A stretch of DNA of 63,779 bases, the filler included. It is 9 parts of 9 records of this genome, joined end to end, with 100 filler letters (N's around TTAATTAATTAA, not from the genome) between each part and the next. Parts side by side here need not be neighbours in the genome. Positions count along the whole stretch, not along the records: positions 9,926 to 15,271 come from SRR31156797_24603; positions 15,372 to 21,204 come from SRR31156797_24607; 7 more parts are not named here. The stretch is one strand, 5' to 3'. A program made the translations under genes and the position numbers. The notes under the pieces were generated by a model. It was given only the letters and a program-made list of their open reading frames with translations, was not told where the DNA came from and did not search any database. Below, in pieces: positions 9,965 through 19,917 of this stretch; positions within the stretch are counted from its first letter, which is position 1; every line of letters starts with the position of its first letter.

Positions 9965-11896
9965 ATGAGTACATCAAATCTGACAGCAAAATACCGTCCG
10001 CAGACTTTTGGTGAAGTCGCTGGACAGGAAGCAGTCAAAACAATCCTTTCTCGCGCAGCAGCGCAGGATAAGATCGCTCCCGCATACCTTTTCAGCGGTA
10101 CACGCGGAGTAGGCAAGACCACCATTGCCAGAATTTTCGCCAAGGCGCTCAACTGCAAGAACGCACCAACCGCCGAACCCTGCAACGAGTGCGACAACTG
10201 TCGTCAGATTACCGCAGGCGTGGGTGTGGATGTGGTCGAGATTGACGCCGCATCGCATGGTAAAGTCGACGACGCCCGCAGACTTAAGGAAGATATTGGC
10301 TATGCGCCTATTGAGTTCCGCTACAAGGTTTTTATTATTGATGAAGCGCACATGCTTACCGTGCAAGCCTTTAACGCCTTGTTGAAAACTCTTGAAGAGC
10401 CGCCGCCGCACGCCACTTTTATCATGGCGACCACGGAAACACACAAGTTTCCGGCTACCATCATCAGCCGTTGCCAGCATTATGCATTCAAAATGCTTAC
10501 CAATGATGAGCTGACTGCCCATCTTTCTAAAATCCTGAATATGGAGCAGATGGAGTTTGAACAGGGAGCTGTTGATCTCATTGCCAAACGCGGCGCGGGC
10601 AGTGTGCGTGATTCCATGTCCCTGCTGGGACAGGTTTTGGCTCTGGGTAGTGAAAAGCTGCTAGAAAATGATGTCCGTTCCATTCTTGGTCTTGCCGGGC
10701 GGGATGTTTTTTTCTCGCTTATGCAGGCTATTCACGGACGTGATCTGGTCTCTGTGGGCGATATTGTGCAGCAGGTCCTCGGTCGCGGACTTGATCTTGG
10801 ATTTTTCATCCGTGAACTGGGCAATTGCTGGCGGAATATGTTTCTGCTCAATCAGTCTGGTGAACGGGCAGTCCCTTTACTCGGCCTTTCATCCGAGGAA
10901 GCAGCTGAGTTCATGAAATGGTCACAGACCTTTGATCGTTCGTTCATTCATGCCTGTTGGCAGATGACTGTGGACGGACAGCGTAAGGTCATGACAAGTC
11001 TTGAACCGGCTATGGCTCTGGAGCTGCTTCTGCTCAACATGGCCAGCCTTACGGACCTTATTTCCATGGAACGGGCTGGTGCGCTTGCTTCTGCTGCTCC
11101 CAGTTCACAGCAAGCGCCGAAATCGGCTCCAGCAGCTCCCAATCAGGCTTCGCCTCAAACCCCTTCGGTAAGCCAGCAGGCTGGAGGTACGCCAAGTGGT
11201 CAGACTCCGCCGTGGCAGGGGGGCGTACAGCAGGGTATGCAACCGCAGACTCAGCAACAGGTTCCGCCTCAAAATCAACCCATGCAGAATCAGGGTATGG
11301 GGGCCGGCAATGGTCGTCCAATGGGGCGCACTGAGTCCGGTTCGCCGGCAGGTAATCGTTCCGCAAACGATATGGGAGCTGATGATTCCTCCCTTCCGGA
11401 CGCGGCAGGTTCACAACCCGTTAATGATCTGAATCCACCCGTTCCTGAATCGGAAAACCCGGCATCGGAAGTTGTACCGCCGCTGGAGCGTGTTCCCGAG
11501 CCTGCTCCGGCTAAACCTACGTTTCCGGCTTCGGTTAGCGGGCCGCGTGACTTTGAGGGCTTTTTGCAATACGTCGCTGACAGCGGCGCAAATGGTTCCA
11601 CTTCCGGTTTGAGCAAATGTAAAGGCGAGTTTATTGACGGTAAGCTGGTTTTGACTTGTGCCAACTCGTTCCATCAGGGGCAGGTGGCCGGGCGTGATAC
11701 CCGTGGTGTTGTTGAGCGGCTTGTTTCAGAATATTTCGGTTCTGAAACTGAACTGGAAATCCAGATCAGTCAGAAGGGGAAGCGTAGGAGCAGGCAGGAA
11801 ATCCGGGATGATGTAGAAGCTCATCCGGATGTAAAAAGAGTGATGGAGTCCTTTGGGGCAAGTATCATTTCCATTGATCCGCGCAAAGATGTTTAA
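9965..11896 (+). CDS. dnaX: DNA polymerase III subunit gamma/tau
   Basis: KYRPQTF, GTRGVGKTT, CNECDNC zinc site, IIDEAHML, SRC motif; long Pro/Gln-rich linker. Confidence 0.97.
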   Translation: MSTSNLTAKYRPQTFGEVAGQEAVKTILSRAAAQDKIAPAYLFSGTRGVGKTTIARIFAKALNCKNAPTAEPCNECDNCRQITAGVGVDVVEIDAASHGKVDDARRLKEDIGYAPIEFRYKVFIIDEAHMLTVQAFNALLKTLEEPPPHATFIMATTETHKFPATIISRCQHYAFKMLTNDELTAHLSKILNMEQMEFEQGAVDLIAKRGAGSVRDSMSLLGQVLALGSEKLLENDVRSILGLAGRDVFFSLMQAIHGRDLVSVGDIVQQVLGRGLDLGFFIRELGNCWRNMFLLNQSGERAVPLLGLSSEEAAEFMKWSQTFDRSFIHACWQMTVDGQRKVMTSLEPAMALELLLLNMASLTDLISMERAGALASAAPSSQQAPKSAPAAPNQASPQTPSVSQQAGGTPSGQTPPWQGGVQQGMQPQTQQQVPPQNQPMQNQGMGAGNGRPMGRTESGSPAGNRSANDMGADDSSLPDAAGSQPVNDLNPPVPESENPASEVVPPLERVPEPAPAKPTFPASVSGPRDFEGFLQYVADSGANGSTSGLSKCKGEFIDGKLVLTCANSFHQGQVAGRDTRGVVERLVSEYFGSETELEIQISQKGKRRSRQEIRDDVEAHPDVKRVMESFGASIISIDPRKDV

Positions 11897-11964
11897 TTGG
11901 ACTCCCGGTTTGGCCGGCAGTTCTGTGTGTTAATAACAAGTTAATAATTTCAAGGAGTAATATA

Positions 11965-12276
11965 ATGAAAGGTATGAACGATCTCGTACGTCAGGCTCAG
12001 GTTATGCAGCGCAAAATGACCGCTCTGCAGGATGATCTCAAGACTCGTGAAGTAGAAAGTTCTGCTGGTGGCGGTATGGTTAACGTTAAAGTTAACGGTT
12101 CTTCCGAAGTGCTCGAAATCAAAATCGACCCTGCTATCGTTGACCCTGAAGATGTAGAAATGATTCAGGATCTCGTGCTTGCTGCTGTTAACGATGCTAA
12201 CAAAAAAGCAAAAGCCATGATGGAGTCTGAAATGTCTGCCATCACCGGCGGAATGAACATCCCCGGCATGTTCTAA
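11965..12276 (+). CDS. ybaB: YbaB/EbfC nucleoid-associated protein
   Basis: QAQVMQ, GGGMVNVKVNG, DVEMIQDLVLAAVNDA; lies between dnaX and recR. Confidence 0.95.
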   Translation: MKGMNDLVRQAQVMQRKMTALQDDLKTREVESSAGGGMVNVKVNGSSEVLEIKIDPAIVDPEDVEMIQDLVLAAVNDANKKAKAMMESEMSAITGGMNIPGMF

Positions 12277-12284
12277 ATTATTTT

Positions 12285-12359
12285 TGCCTTCGGCGATCAG
12301 AGGGGGAAACTTTTTGTAAAAAGTTTCCCCCTCTGGACTCCCCCTTCCAAAACTTTTAG
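12285..12359. repeat. intergenic palindromic REP-like element (18-bp perfect arms)
   Basis: CAGAGGGGGAAACTTTTT-GT-AAAAAGTTTCCCCCTCTG at 12298-12335; related partial copies at both contig ends. Confidence 0.75.
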
Positions 12360-12395
12360 CGGGCTTCGCGTCCGTATTTGGAAAAACTATTTTTT

Positions 12396-13001
12396 ATGGA
12401 AAATTTACCTGAGCCGTTACGGGTTGTTGCGCAGGAATTGGCAAAGCTTCCCGGACTTGGCCCTAAGTCTGCCTTGAGAATTGCACTGACTATGCTGAAG
12501 ATGCCCAAAGAGAAAGTTACGGGTATCGGGCAGAGTGTTATTGATCTGCGTGAAAAGCTTTGCATTTGTGAGCAGTGCGCCAGCATTACCGATACCTGCC
12601 CGTGTAGGATCTGTTCCGACCCCAAGCGAGAGCATGACAAACTTTGTCTTGTCTCAGAATGGGATTCATTGCTTGCGATTGAGGAGATGGGCTTGTATCG
12701 CGGCTACTATCTGGTGCTTGGCGGTTTGCTTTCTCCCCTTGATGGCGTAACTCCCCAGCAGCTAGAATTTCAGAAGCTTGAAGAGCGTCTTGCCAAAGGC
12801 GAAATCAAGGAACTTATCCTTGCTTTGGGTGCTACCGTTGATGCTGAGGCTACAGCCTCGTTTATCAAAAATATGGTTGAATCAAAATTTCCCGGGATCG
12901 AGCTTTCCCGCCTAGCGCAGGGTATCCCCATCGGTTCTGAAGTAAAGTATACAGATAAAGAAACGCTCCGACAGTCTTTGGAATATAGGCAGAAATTGTA
13001 G
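12396..13001 (+). CDS. recR: recombination mediator RecR
   Basis: LPGLGPKSALRIA HhH, C4 zinc finger, Toprim YLVLGGLLSPLDGV, SRLAQGIPIG. Confidence 0.96.
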   Translation: MENLPEPLRVVAQELAKLPGLGPKSALRIALTMLKMPKEKVTGIGQSVIDLREKLCICEQCASITDTCPCRICSDPKREHDKLCLVSEWDSLLAIEEMGLYRGYYLVLGGLLSPLDGVTPQQLEFQKLEERLAKGEIKELILALGATVDAEATASFIKNMVESKFPGIELSRLAQGIPIGSEVKYTDKETLRQSLEYRQKL

Positions 13002-15194
13002 ATGTCAGATACTCTTACCGGTGAAGTTCGGGCAGTTGTTTATCATAATGAAGAGAACGGCTATATTGTAGCCCGTGTCGCATCCAAGGACGAACCTTCG
13101 CATATTACGGTTGTGGGAGTTCTTGGTTCGCTTACCCCTGGTGAATCAGTTGAATTGCACGGCCGCTGGAAACAGCATCCCAAATTTGGGCGTCAATTCG
13201 AGGCCGATTTTTATGAAAGGGTCCGTCCTGCAACTGAGGCCGGAGTGATTCGCTTTCTTAAATCGTCATCGATCAAAGGCATCGGTGAAGCAATTGCCAC
13301 GGATATGGTCAAGACATTCGGTATTGATGTGCTGGATATCCTTGATGAAGAACCGGAAAAGCTGCTTAAGATTAAAGGAATTTCCAAGAAAAAGTTGGAA
13401 GCGATCAAGGAATCTTGGTCATCCCAGCGCGATATTAAAAACCTGATTTTGTTCCTGCACACCCACGAAGTCCCGCCTACCTACGCGGCTAAAATTTTTA
13501 ACCTCTACGGCGCACAGGCTGTCAGCAAAATTAGCGAAAATCCCTATGAGCTGGCTTATGAGATCCGGGGGATCGGCTTTAAGACCGCCGACGCAATGGC
13601 TCTTAAGCTCGGGTTTGCGCCTGATTCTTCGCAGCGTATTGAAGCGGCGATCATTTATTCCCTGTTCTCAGTGAGCGAGCGTGGCGGGCATATGTTCTCG
13701 CCCAAGGCTAAGCTTATTGAAGATGTTGCCAAGATGCTCGGTGGCGTTGATCTGGAACTGATCAGCGAGGGGATTTTTTCATTGGAAGAGCGCAAACGGG
13801 TCCGGGTGGAAAATCTGCCTGAGCAGGATATTGATGAAGCGGTTTTCCTGATGCATTTTTACCGTTTTGAGCGGGAAATTTGTAAAAGATTGCACGGTCT
13901 TATTAGTCACCCCTCTCCGGTGAGCCAGGAGAAAGTAGAGAAGGCTTTGCCTGAAGTTGAATCCGAGCTTGGTTTTGAGCTCTCGGATGAACAGCGCGAG
14001 GCTGTATTTGAGGCCTGCGTAAATAAATTTTTCATCATCACCGGAGGACCGGGTACAGGTAAGACCACAATCACTCGGGCAGTGGTAATGACTCTCAAAG
14101 AGCTGGGGCTGAAGATCAAGCTAGCTGCTCCCACCGGACGTGCGGCTAAAAGGCTTTCTGAGGCTACCGGACGGCAGGCTTCTACAATTCATCGCATGTT
14201 GCAGTTTACCCCGGATGATGGTGGTTTCTATTACAATGAGGACCAAAAGTTGAAGGCTGATGTGCTGGTTGTGGATGAAGCGTCCATGCTTGATGCCCAG
14301 CTTTGCCTTGCGGTCCTGCGAGCGGTTCCGTTGACCTGCAGGGTTATTTTTGTAGGTGATGTGAACCAGCTTCCTTCCGTTGGTCCTGGTAATGTCCTTT
14401 CCGATCTGTTGCAGAGCGGGCAGGTCCAGAGCGCGGTGCTGAACCATATTTTCCGTCAGGCACAGGAAAGTTATATCGTAGTTAACGCCCACCGTATCAA
14501 TGACGGAGAATTTCCCCAGCCGCATCCCGCAGAAGCGCCGGAAGCGGACTTCTACTGGATTCCGCAGGAGTCTACGCAGAAGGTTCAGGATATGATTGTT
14601 CAAACCGTTTGTGAGCGTATCCCTGAGCGTTACGGACTTGATCCCATGACTGATGTGCAGGTGCTGACCCCTATGCACAAAGGTGATGTGGGCACCCAGA
14701 AGTTGAATGCAGTGCTGCAGGAGAAACTTAATCCCGGTAACGGGAAAGGTCTTAAGCGTGGTTTTGTGGAGTACCGCGTAGGTGATCGTGTTTTGCAGTT
14801 GCGCAACAATTACGAAAAGGAAGTTTTCAACGGCGATCTTGGTCGGGTCATGTACATTGATACCGAAGAAAATGAACTTACTGCCGAGTTCGACGGCAAT
14901 ATCGTACATTATGAATTATCCGAGCTGGATGAGCTGACCCTCGCTTACGCAGTCAGTGTACATAAATCGCAGGGCAGTGAATATCCGGCAGTTGTCATGC
15001 CTATTGTTTCACAGCACTACATGCTCTTGCAGCGCAATCTGCTCTACACCGGGCTGACAAGGGCCCGCAAGCTGGCTGTGCTTATCGGCAGCAAACGAGC
15101 CTTTCATATCGGGCTGAATAACGTGACCGCAGGCAAGCGGTTTACCAACCTGCGTCATAGAATAAAACAGATTTTCGACGAGAATCTTTTATAG
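13002..15194 (+). CDS. recD2: RecD2 (RecD-like SF1B) helicase
   Basis: HPKFGRQF, IKGIG and GIGFKTAD HhH motifs, GGPGTGKTT, VDEASM, GDVNQLPSVGPG, HKSQGSEY, LLYTGLTRA. Confidence 0.95.
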   Translation: MSDTLTGEVRAVVYHNEENGYIVARVASKDEPSHITVVGVLGSLTPGESVELHGRWKQHPKFGRQFEADFYERVRPATEAGVIRFLKSSSIKGIGEAIATDMVKTFGIDVLDILDEEPEKLLKIKGISKKKLEAIKESWSSQRDIKNLILFLHTHEVPPTYAAKIFNLYGAQAVSKISENPYELAYEIRGIGFKTADAMALKLGFAPDSSQRIEAAIIYSLFSVSERGGHMFSPKAKLIEDVAKMLGGVDLELISEGIFSLEERKRVRVENLPEQDIDEAVFLMHFYRFEREICKRLHGLISHPSPVSQEKVEKALPEVESELGFELSDEQREAVFEACVNKFFIITGGPGTGKTTITRAVVMTLKELGLKIKLAAPTGRAAKRLSEATGRQASTIHRMLQFTPDDGGFYYNEDQKLKADVLVVDEASMLDAQLCLAVLRAVPLTCRVIFVGDVNQLPSVGPGNVLSDLLQSGQVQSAVLNHIFRQAQESYIVVNAHRINDGEFPQPHPAEAPEADFYWIPQESTQKVQDMIVQTVCERIPERYGLDPMTDVQVLTPMHKGDVGTQKLNAVLQEKLNPGNGKGLKRGFVEYRVGDRVLQLRNNYEKEVFNGDLGRVMYIDTEENELTAEFDGNIVHYELSELDELTLAYAVSVHKSQGSEYPAVVMPIVSQHYMLLQRNLLYTGLTRARKLAVLIGSKRAFHIGLNNVTAGKRFTNLRHRIKQIFDENLL

Positions 15195-15231
15195 CCCAAG
15201 ACGATTTTACACCACAGGTAGGCGAAGCCAT

Positions 15232-15271
15232 ACTAAAAGGCTTTGAAGAGTCCAGAGAAACTTTTGCAAAA
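15232..15271. repeat. degenerate partial copy of the 12285 REP-like element (opposite orientation)
   Basis: CTAAAAGG..GAGTCCAGAGAAACTTTTGCAAAA resembles the reverse complement of 12301-12359; lies at the contig edge. Confidence 0.55.
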
Positions 15272-15371
15272 NNNNNNNNNNNNNNNNNNNNNNNNNNNNN
15301 NNNNNNNNNNNNNNNTTAATTAATTAANNNNNNNNNNNNNNNNNNNNNNNNNNNNNNNNNNNNNNNNNNNN
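15272..15371. other. artificial contig-joining spacer
   Basis: N44-TTAATTAATTAA-N44. Confidence 0.99.
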
Positions 15372-17972
15372 ACAGACTTCCGCGAACATCTGTTAAATGA
15401 CCGGTTCATGACGCCGGTAGCCGCTACCGAACTCATCGGGTTTTTAAATCTGCAGCGACGGATGACCGAGACGGACCTCCCCCATCGCCATCACCTGCTG
15501 ATCGAGCATTTTGATGATCCCCTGAACAAGGCGGACAGCAAACAGGTGATCCTGCATACCCTGTGGGGCGGAAGGATTAACCGGCCTTTTGCCATGGCCC
15601 TTTCCGCCGCCTGGGAGAAGCGGTATCACACGGCCCTGGAGACATTCGCCGATGATGACTGCATCGTGCTCCTGCTGCCCCATGCCTTTGATGTGCATGA
15701 AATTCTCGATTTGGTGGATGCAGACAATGTGGAGCGCCTGTTGCGGGAGTGCCTGGAGAAAACCGGATATTTCGGTGCAAAGTTCCGTGAGAATGCCGGC
15801 CGGGCATTGCTCCTCCCGAGGGCCGGTTTCAAAAAGCGGATGCCCTTATGGCTGAACCGGCTTCGCGCAAAGAAACTGATGGATGCAGTCTTAAATTTCC
15901 GGGATTTCCCCATCCTGCTGGAAACCTGGCGTACCTGTCTCAAGGACGACTTTGATCTGGAACATTTAAAACAGATCATGGATGAGCTGCATCAGGGGAA
16001 GATCAGGATTGGAGAGTGCCGCACCACGCACGCGTCGGTCTTTGCCGGGAGTGTGATCTGGCAACAAACCAACACCCATATGTATGCGGATGACTCGCCT
16101 GCGGGCGGCAAGCGCTCCGGCTTAAGCGATGATCTGATCCGGGAAATCATCGGTGCTAAAACGACTGAGCCGCTCTTTTCACCGGATCTGATTCTGGAGT
16201 TGACCCGGAAACTTCAGCGAACCGCTCCGGGCTATGCCCCTGCCACACCGAGAGACCTGCTGGACTGGGTCAAAGAGAGGGTGTTTCTTTCAAAAGATGA
16301 ATGGCATGAACTGCTCCAATCAATGGAAAGGGATCATGGCATCCGCGAACCCGATGCAGTCAAAGCCATTGAACACAAACTGGCCTGGTTTAGAATCCCC
16401 GGTGCCGGTGGTGACGCTGTCTGCGCACTGGAACTGCTGCCGCGGCTATGTCGCTCTTTTTCCTTTTCACACCCTGAGTATCAAAGTCCGGCCAAGGATT
16501 CATCCACAGAGGAGAGAGAAGCGGATGCCTGCAATTTGTTGGGGCAGTGGCTCTCATTTTACGGTCCCGTTTCGGAAACTTGGGTGTTGTCCGTTTTCGG
16601 CCGAATGGAGGCAGCAGAGCAGGGACTTCTTTCATTGATTGAACTTGAACGGATCATCAGGGGTAGGTTTACAACGGGCACGATTGATGATGAAATCTGT
16701 GACCGGGAGAATTTTGAGATCCTATTGAGACTGGCGCGAAGGGCCCGGCAACCGCAAATAGCCATCCGACCGGCAGATGATCTGCAACTGTTCTTGGCGG
16801 CCTTTCAACATGTGACAACACGAGGCGATTCCCCGGAAAGCCTGCGGGATGCACTCGATCAGCTTTTCGGACTCTGTTTACCGGCCGCTGCCTGGGAGGA
16901 ATTCATCCTTCCGGCGCGTATCTCTCCCTATTATCCCTCCTGGCTGGACAGCCTGATGCAATCCAGTGAACTCACGTGGTTCGGCGGCGGCAAAAAGAGG
17001 CTGGGATTTGCCTTTCATTCGGATCTTGATCTTTTCCAGACGAAGAAGACCGGAGAAGAAGAACCTGTCACCGATCTTTTCTCCGATAAAAGGGGGCGAT
17101 ACGGATTTCTGGCGCTTTCCCGCCACTGCGCATGGGACTCCCGGGAGACGGCCCGCAGATTGTGGGAAGCCGCCTGGCGGGGAGAGGTGAGCAACGATAC
17201 CTTCGCGGTGGTGCGATCCGGAATACTTTCCGGGTTTATCCCCCGGGAAGTGAATGATCGCAGAATCCGGAGCAGGCGCGGATCATTCAACCGGTGGAAG
17301 TCCTCACGGCCCCTGGTGGGCAACTGGTATCTCCTGGAACAGGAGGCCGATGCGGGAGATCCGGTTGCGCAAACGGAAATAGGAAAAGACCGGGTGCGCC
17401 AGCTTTTAAGACGATACGGCATCCTGTTCCGTCAACTGCTGACCCGGGAACCGCCGCAGCTCCGGTGGGACAGGCTCTTCAGGGTTCTTCGCTTGATGGA
17501 GCTTTCAGGTGAAATCACCTCCGGCTGCTTCTTTAAGGGGATCATGGGACCCCAATTCATCTCTTTTGAAGCGCTCCGTTTTCTTAGGGAACCGCAGTCC
17601 GATGATATGGTGTTCTGGATCAATGCAACGGACCCCGCATCGCTTTGCGGCATCAAGCCGGAGGGACTCACCCGCCCCTTGCCGTCGCGAATCCTTTCAA
17701 CCCATCTGGTATTTCACGGCAACAGGCTTGTTCTGGTTTCCAAACGAAACCACAAACGCCTTCTAATCCATGAGCCGCCCGATTCAATTCACTTGAGCCG
17801 GTATTATCAACTCTTTAAAGATTTGTTGAACAGGGAATTCAATCCGGTTCGGTCCGTCCGGATCGAAGAAATCAACGACCGGAAAGCTTTAGACAGCCCC
17901 TACGGCGCCTCACTGAAAGCATTCGGCTTTTCTTCCGACTACAAGGGGTTTGAACTCAGGCGCTCCTTTTAG
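15372..17972 (+). CDS. lhr: Lhr-family helicase, C-terminal part (5' truncated by the contig edge)
   Basis: Frame open from the contig start; LHTLWGGRINRPFAMAL, FRENAGRALLLPR..RMPLW, FPILLETWRTCL, LLRRYGILFR, LRLMELSGEI..G.F..GPQF. Confidence 0.85.
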   Translation, partial: TDFREHLLNDRFMTPVAATELIGFLNLQRRMTETDLPHRHHLLIEHFDDPLNKADSKQVILHTLWGGRINRPFAMALSAAWEKRYHTALETFADDDCIVLLLPHAFDVHEILDLVDADNVERLLRECLEKTGYFGAKFRENAGRALLLPRAGFKKRMPLWLNRLRAKKLMDAVLNFRDFPILLETWRTCLKDDFDLEHLKQIMDELHQGKIRIGECRTTHASVFAGSVIWQQTNTHMYADDSPAGGKRSGLSDDLIREIIGAKTTEPLFSPDLILELTRKLQRTAPGYAPATPRDLLDWVKERVFLSKDEWHELLQSMERDHGIREPDAVKAIEHKLAWFRIPGAGGDAVCALELLPRLCRSFSFSHPEYQSPAKDSSTEEREADACNLLGQWLSFYGPVSETWVLSVFGRMEAAEQGLLSLIELERIIRGRFTTGTIDDEICDRENFEILLRLARRARQPQIAIRPADDLQLFLAAFQHVTTRGDSPESLRDALDQLFGLCLPAAAWEEFILPARISPYYPSWLDSLMQSSELTWFGGGKKRLGFAFHSDLDLFQTKKTGEEEPVTDLFSDKRGRYGFLALSRHCAWDSRETARRLWEAAWRGEVSNDTFAVVRSGILSGFIPREVNDRRIRSRRGSFNRWKSSRPLVGNWYLLEQEADAGDPVAQTEIGKDRVRQLLRRYGILFRQLLTREPPQLRWDRLFRVLRLMELSGEITSGCFFKGIMGPQFISFEALRFLREPQSDDMVFWINATDPASLCGIKPEGLTRPLPSRILSTHLVFHGNRLVLVSKRNHKRLLIHEPPDSIHLSRYYQLFKDLLNREFNPVRSVRIEEINDRKALDSPYGASLKAFGFSSDYKGFELRRSF

Positions 17973-18144
17973 GGTCCTTTTAAAATTTCAAGCTTTGGAA
18001 ATCAGGTCTTCATTTTTCACCCTCTTGAAAACATCTGTCAAGATCAGATGTGACCCCAATTCCTGCCGCTTTATCGCTGGAAGAAATTGTTTTTTCCACC
18101 TATCAGGAGATTCAGGCTGTGGTGGGCTGTGATCTGGTGGTGGG

Positions 18145-19917
18145 TTATTTCTCCGAGGGAAACAAGCTGGTATTGCAGTCCTTCTCACCCAGCACTTCCC
18201 GAACCAGGCGGGCCAACTCACTTTTGACAATGGGTTTTGAAAAAAAGCCACGAATGCCCATTCCTTTAATGTTTTCCTGAGAAACCTGTTTGTGGTACCC
18301 GGTACACAGAATCACAGGGAGTTCGGGTCGAATGGCCACCATTTCCATGGCCAAACGGTCACCGGTCATGTGAGGCATGGTCATGTCCGTGATCACCAGG
18401 TCAAAGGCATCGGGCTTTGCGCAAAAAAGCTTTAGGGCTTCTCGGCTGTCTGTTTGAACCGTTGTCCGGTACCCCAGCCGTTCCAGAATCTGCCTTTCCA
18501 TATTGACAATGGCGGGCTCGTCATCCACCAGAAGAATCCGTTCTTTTCCTGTGGGGAAGGTTTCAGACTCAGGGCTTTCAATGACCGGCTCCCTTTCAAT
18601 AGCCGGCAGGAAAACGGTAAACTCGCTTCCGACACCCACCCTGCTGTGTACCGTAATATCACCGCCGGCCTTCTTGACAATGCCGTAAACCGTTGCCAGT
18701 CCCATACCCGTTCCTTCGCCCGGTTTTTTTGTGGTGAAATAGGGCTCGAAGATGTTTTTGATGATGTCCCGGGAAATGCCCGTCCCGGTATCGGATACCG
18801 AAAGCTTCAAATACGGGCCGGGTTTCATTTCCGGATTTTTTCGGGTGAATGTTCCGTCTACCGATACGTCATTGAGTTCTACCCGGAGGTTTCCACCCGT
18901 TTCCACCATGGACTGACCGGCGTTGGTGCACAGATTCATGATGACCTGGTGCATCTGACCGGGGTTGGCAAGGGCCGGCGCATCGCTCGAAATGTTGTGC
19001 ATGATTTTAATGGTGGAAGGAAGAGAAGATCTCAGAAATTTCAGGGCCTCCTTGACAATGATGGAAACCTGCACCGGCTTTATTTCATCATCGGTTTTGC
19101 GGGCAAAGGTCAGAATCTGGGCCACCAGGTCCCTGGCGCGAAGTCCGGCATTGTAAAGATGCTGAAGATTTCGCTCCAGAAGGCTTCCGGGCGTCACATC
19201 ATCCATGGATAATTCGGCGTAACCGATGATGGAAGTGAGAATGTTGTTGAAATCGTGCGCAATACCTCCGGCCAGGGTTCCAATGGATTCCATTTTCCGT
19301 GATTGCATGAGCCGTTTTTCAAGGGCAGCCTTTTCCATTTCCGTTATCCTGCGTTCATGGATGTCCCGGGAACTGCCGATAAAACCGGTGATCCGGCCTT
19401 TTTCGTCTCTCAGGGCCTTTAACGTGTTTTCAAACCACCGCGAAGAGCCGTCTTTTTTGATATACTCAAGCTCCAGGGTCACGGTCCTGTATGGATCAAC
19501 ATTCGGGTCAGCGTCACGCACCAGTTCTTCGGCAAAAGCCCGGTACGCTTTTTGGGAGGACTCCGTCGTCATGGTTTCCTGAACCGGCTGTTTCATCCTT
19601 TCCTCGGGTGTGAAACCGAGTACTTTCAAAATGGAAGGACTCACATAGGTGGTGTTGAACTGACGGTCCGCGGTCCAGACCACATCCACCATGTTTTCAG
19701 TCAAAAAGCGAAACTTTTCCTTTTCCTTCTGAAGGGCTTCAAGTGTCTTGGAAAGGTCCGCCGTTTTTTCTTCCAGTTTCGCCTTGCTGGCTTCGAGGGC
19801 TTTGATTTGCTGCTGGAGCTGGGGATAATAACTCTTTCTGATGGATCGGTCTCCCAGCCCGATAAGTTTTTTTCGAAGTTCCTTTTTGTCTTGAAACTTT
19901 TCAGAGGGCTTTTTCAT
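18145..19917 (-). CDS. cytoplasmic hybrid histidine kinase/response regulator, ErcS-like N-terminus
   Basis: LIGLGDRSIRKSYYPQL N-terminal motif, coiled coil, PAS, GGIAHDFNNIL, HATPase, receiver; ATG 19917 overlaps the end of the ADH gene. Confidence 0.88.
   Translation of the reverse strand: MKKPSEKFQDKKELRKKLIGLGDRSIRKSYYPQLQQQIKALEASKAKLEEKTADLSKTLEALQKEKEKFRFLTENMVDVVWTADRQFNTTYVSPSILKVLGFTPEERMKQPVQETMTTESSQKAYRAFAEELVRDADPNVDPYRTVTLELEYIKKDGSSRWFENTLKALRDEKGRITGFIGSSRDIHERRITEMEKAALEKRLMQSRKMESIGTLAGGIAHDFNNILTSIIGYAELSMDDVTPGSLLERNLQHLYNAGLRARDLVAQILTFARKTDDEIKPVQVSIIVKEALKFLRSSLPSTIKIMHNISSDAPALANPGQMHQVIMNLCTNAGQSMVETGGNLRVELNDVSVDGTFTRKNPEMKPGPYLKLSVSDTGTGISRDIIKNIFEPYFTTKKPGEGTGMGLATVYGIVKKAGGDITVHSRVGVGSEFTVFLPAIEREPVIESPESETFPTGKERILLVDDEPAIVNMERQILERLGYRTTVQTDSREALKLFCAKPDAFDLVITDMTMPHMTGDRLAMEMVAIRPELPVILCTGYHKQVSQENIKGMGIRGFFSKPIVKSELARLVREVLGEKDCNTSLFPSEK

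Noticed and set aside
11000..11600. Programmed -1 frameshift in dnaX generating gamma
   Set aside because: I found no A AAA AAG or long poly-A slippery site in the linker region.
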